From the NCBI GenBank assembly GCA_964187785.1, contig OZ076409.1:77254001-77318000 (forward strand): a stretch of 64,000 bases of DNA, in the 5' to 3' direction. Shown piece after piece: positions 61,600 through 64,000 of this stretch (positions within the stretch are counted from its first letter, which is position 1; every line of letters begins with the position of its first letter). The position numbers and the translations under genes were made by a program. The DNA comes from Amphiscolops sp. MND2022. Its lineage: Eukaryota. The notes below the pieces were generated by a model. The model searched no databases. It was not told the DNA's origin and worked only from the letters and a program-made list of their open reading frames with translations.

Positions 61600-63750
61600 A
61601 GAATTTATTTCGCTAAACAACTTTTCTTCTCTTCTCCCTCAACTCCCATTTCAGTGATGGTTTTCGATGATTCCAGTGGTTTTCAGACCCAGGGTTTCAG
61701 CCCAACATCAACCATAGTTTTAAAATTTTTGTCGTTTTTGACAACTCAGATGGCTTGGTTTTACTACTTTTGTTGCATAGAGTGACTCTGTTCCGAATTT
61801 TTCTGATATCTTCAAAAGAACCTCTGTTAGCAACAGTCACGTTTAAAAGGAATCTGTTAGCAACAGTCACTTCCCTGGAATAAAGTCTCTATTATCAACT
61901 TCGCAGTTGCTGCCAAGTTTAACGGAAGTATCATTTTTGCCACAATCTGCCTAACATGGTCTGCTATTCTATTCAAGTGGAGCCGCCGATCTTCAACAGA
62001 GTGTTTCCTAGTGGTTCAACTAAAATTCGGCCAGCTGGACGTAGACGTGGTCGACCACCGCGCACATCCTGTTAGGACTTATGGCTAAAACGTTGTTACT
62101 TCCCCAATATGATGGACGTCGCCGTGGTTGTCCCACGTTCAGTCATTCTACTTCCACGGTCGCAACGACAGAAGGGACATTGGCTTGGCCATCAGCTGAA
62201 CAACTATTCCAGCCTTGAGACAGACCCAGTCTCCATTGTCTTGTATATTAGACTTCGTGATACCTCATGCTTGATATGCTTGATATACGTCCTTCTGGTA
62301 GCCCGTGTTGTCGTCGGAAGATGATGGCTATTCTGCTGCAAACTGCACTCCCCTTCTTTCCAAGGAGCGAGGAGGTTGTCCTCAACTCTTAATTTATCCT
62401 GCAATTTATCGTGCAAATTTTGTTAGGCAGTCAATCATGTCCATTCATTGCTATCCTCATATCAAGGAGAGTGTAAAATGTACTAAAACACGATGGGTCG
62501 AATAATGCCTGGGGAGCACCAGTCGAGGACTATAACATCCCTATACTCCAGAATTCGAAAAGACAATACCCGAAGGTTATCGCTACGTTTGGTAATGGAC
62601 ACTTTGTTGCGTGAAAGTCCTCTAAAAGTAGATATTTCTCAAATTTGACGCCAAATTTCCAATTGTAATTATGTAAACGTCGTCTCAATTGTGTTTCTCG
62701 ATCGTCGTGAAGTCTGATTCAGAATACATCTATGAAAGCAATAAGCATCCCAACTCTATTGTATTGCCTCTACTTGTATTGCTTTGCCAAGAAGGTGCTG
62801 TTTTTGATTTTGCGTATTTTCCCAGGGTTTTCAGAATTTTCCTCCAGATTTCAACGTGACACCGAAAAACTGTCGAGCCCGCGTGCTCCATGAATCGAGT
62901 TTGCGTGATTTTGTCTATCCTTGCGTTTTTTACTTCAGTGGTAATTCTTAGGAGCAGTTCATAGTTGGCTTTTGATGCGTTCCTTATTGGAGGCTACAGA
63001 AATTCATAGATATGGAGCTGCACGTCTGTGCGTGTTGTCAAAACCAAGCCGATTTGTGAACAAAAAAGTATAGCGAAAACAGCTTGTCTTCTTTATCGAA
63101 CAGTGGGTGTTCCACTGAAAAGAAGTTTTACAAACTGAATTTTTGCAGCCATGGAGAAAGATTTTTTGATGTCAACAATGTTTGTGAGGACCGTAGAAGG
63201 AATATTAAGCGAATAAAAGCACAATGGTAGCAAACACTTTATCATATTTGGTGCAGGAACCTCGTGCTAACATATTAGTGCTCTCAGACTGGCCTGTAGA
63301 ATTTTGGATTTGGTTAATTTCCAAATCCATTTTTGAGAACTTCTTTTCTAGCTCAAGAGCTAGCTCTATGTCAACCGTTCGTTGACAATTCAAGCTCTAT
63401 GGATGGCAAGAATCAAGAACTCATTGTTGCCCAACCAGCAAAAGACGACAGTACCACTGTACTTTTGCAACTTCACCTCTTTGAACTCCAAGTTACAATG
63501 ATGATGTCAAGATGTATTCAATGCCACCTTCTCGCCAGCACAAGGACGTCATTCCTAAGGCCTGGGGAGTAATGTAACGGCACCCTTTGGTACAAAAAAA
63601 ATCAAATAGTATTGGAAATTGCGTATGTTCAGAGTTTTGATCGGAATTGCTAATCCGATGTGTGACGGGCCACTAAGCATGTTATTTATTGCTCCGAGAC
63701 TGTGAAAACCTCGATAAAAACTTTCTTTTTTTGGCGCTAACACTTTTTTC
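61600..63750 (-). pseudogene. Possible very degraded retroelement pol/integrase relic
   Basis: Faint integrase zinc-domain-like stretch (RLAIP...YSPG...RWH*IHLDII) near 63500-63660 and a minus-strand purine tract near 61620-61640. No intact motif. Confidence 0.3.
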
Positions 63751-64000
63751 TATGTTCACAAACTAAAGATAACCCTGTTTGATTTTCAGTACATACGATG
63801 CGTTTCGATGACGCCTTAGAGTTTTTCGACTCTTGCAACTTTTCACAAAAATTGTTTCGTCAAAGATTCGCTGCTTCGGTTCTTCATCATGTTTTCAGTT
63901 TCTAAGACGTCGCGTTACCGAGCATGAAGTGTCATATCAAGAGTTGTCGGCGGTTAACCAGTTTTGAAGTCCGTATCCGGCTGAAAAATCCAAAACCGGG

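Overview
AT-rich eukaryotic (metazoan-like, spliceosomal introns) DNA made mostly of nested transposable elements. From left to right: (1) a short TIR element (184-6746, 8-bp TSD) interrupted by a full-length Mag-like Ty3/Gypsy element (419-6498). (2) An unusual ~17.7-kb Ty3/Gypsy element (8250-25989, TSD AGAAC). Its ~1.6-kb LTRs encode the Gag N-terminus at their 3' end and the C-terminus of an accessory ORF at their 5' end. Between pol and the 3' LTR it carries an antisense, three-intron, ~1350-codon decayed gene with a zinc finger and hAT-transposase-like motif order. (3) Two solo LTRs of sister families with the same coding layout (23862-25816, 38399-40551) and an older relic near 60-61.4 kb. 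(4) A decayed BEL/Pao element (30043-37590) with an SGNH-esterase-like ORF upstream of its PBS. (5) Many Helentron/DINE-1-like non-autonomous elements, including a Russian-doll nest at 55.9-58.2 kb. (6) One multi-exon host gene of unknown function (45095-49486) and a tRNA-like pseudogene. All family assignments come from motif recognition by eye; no database search was run.
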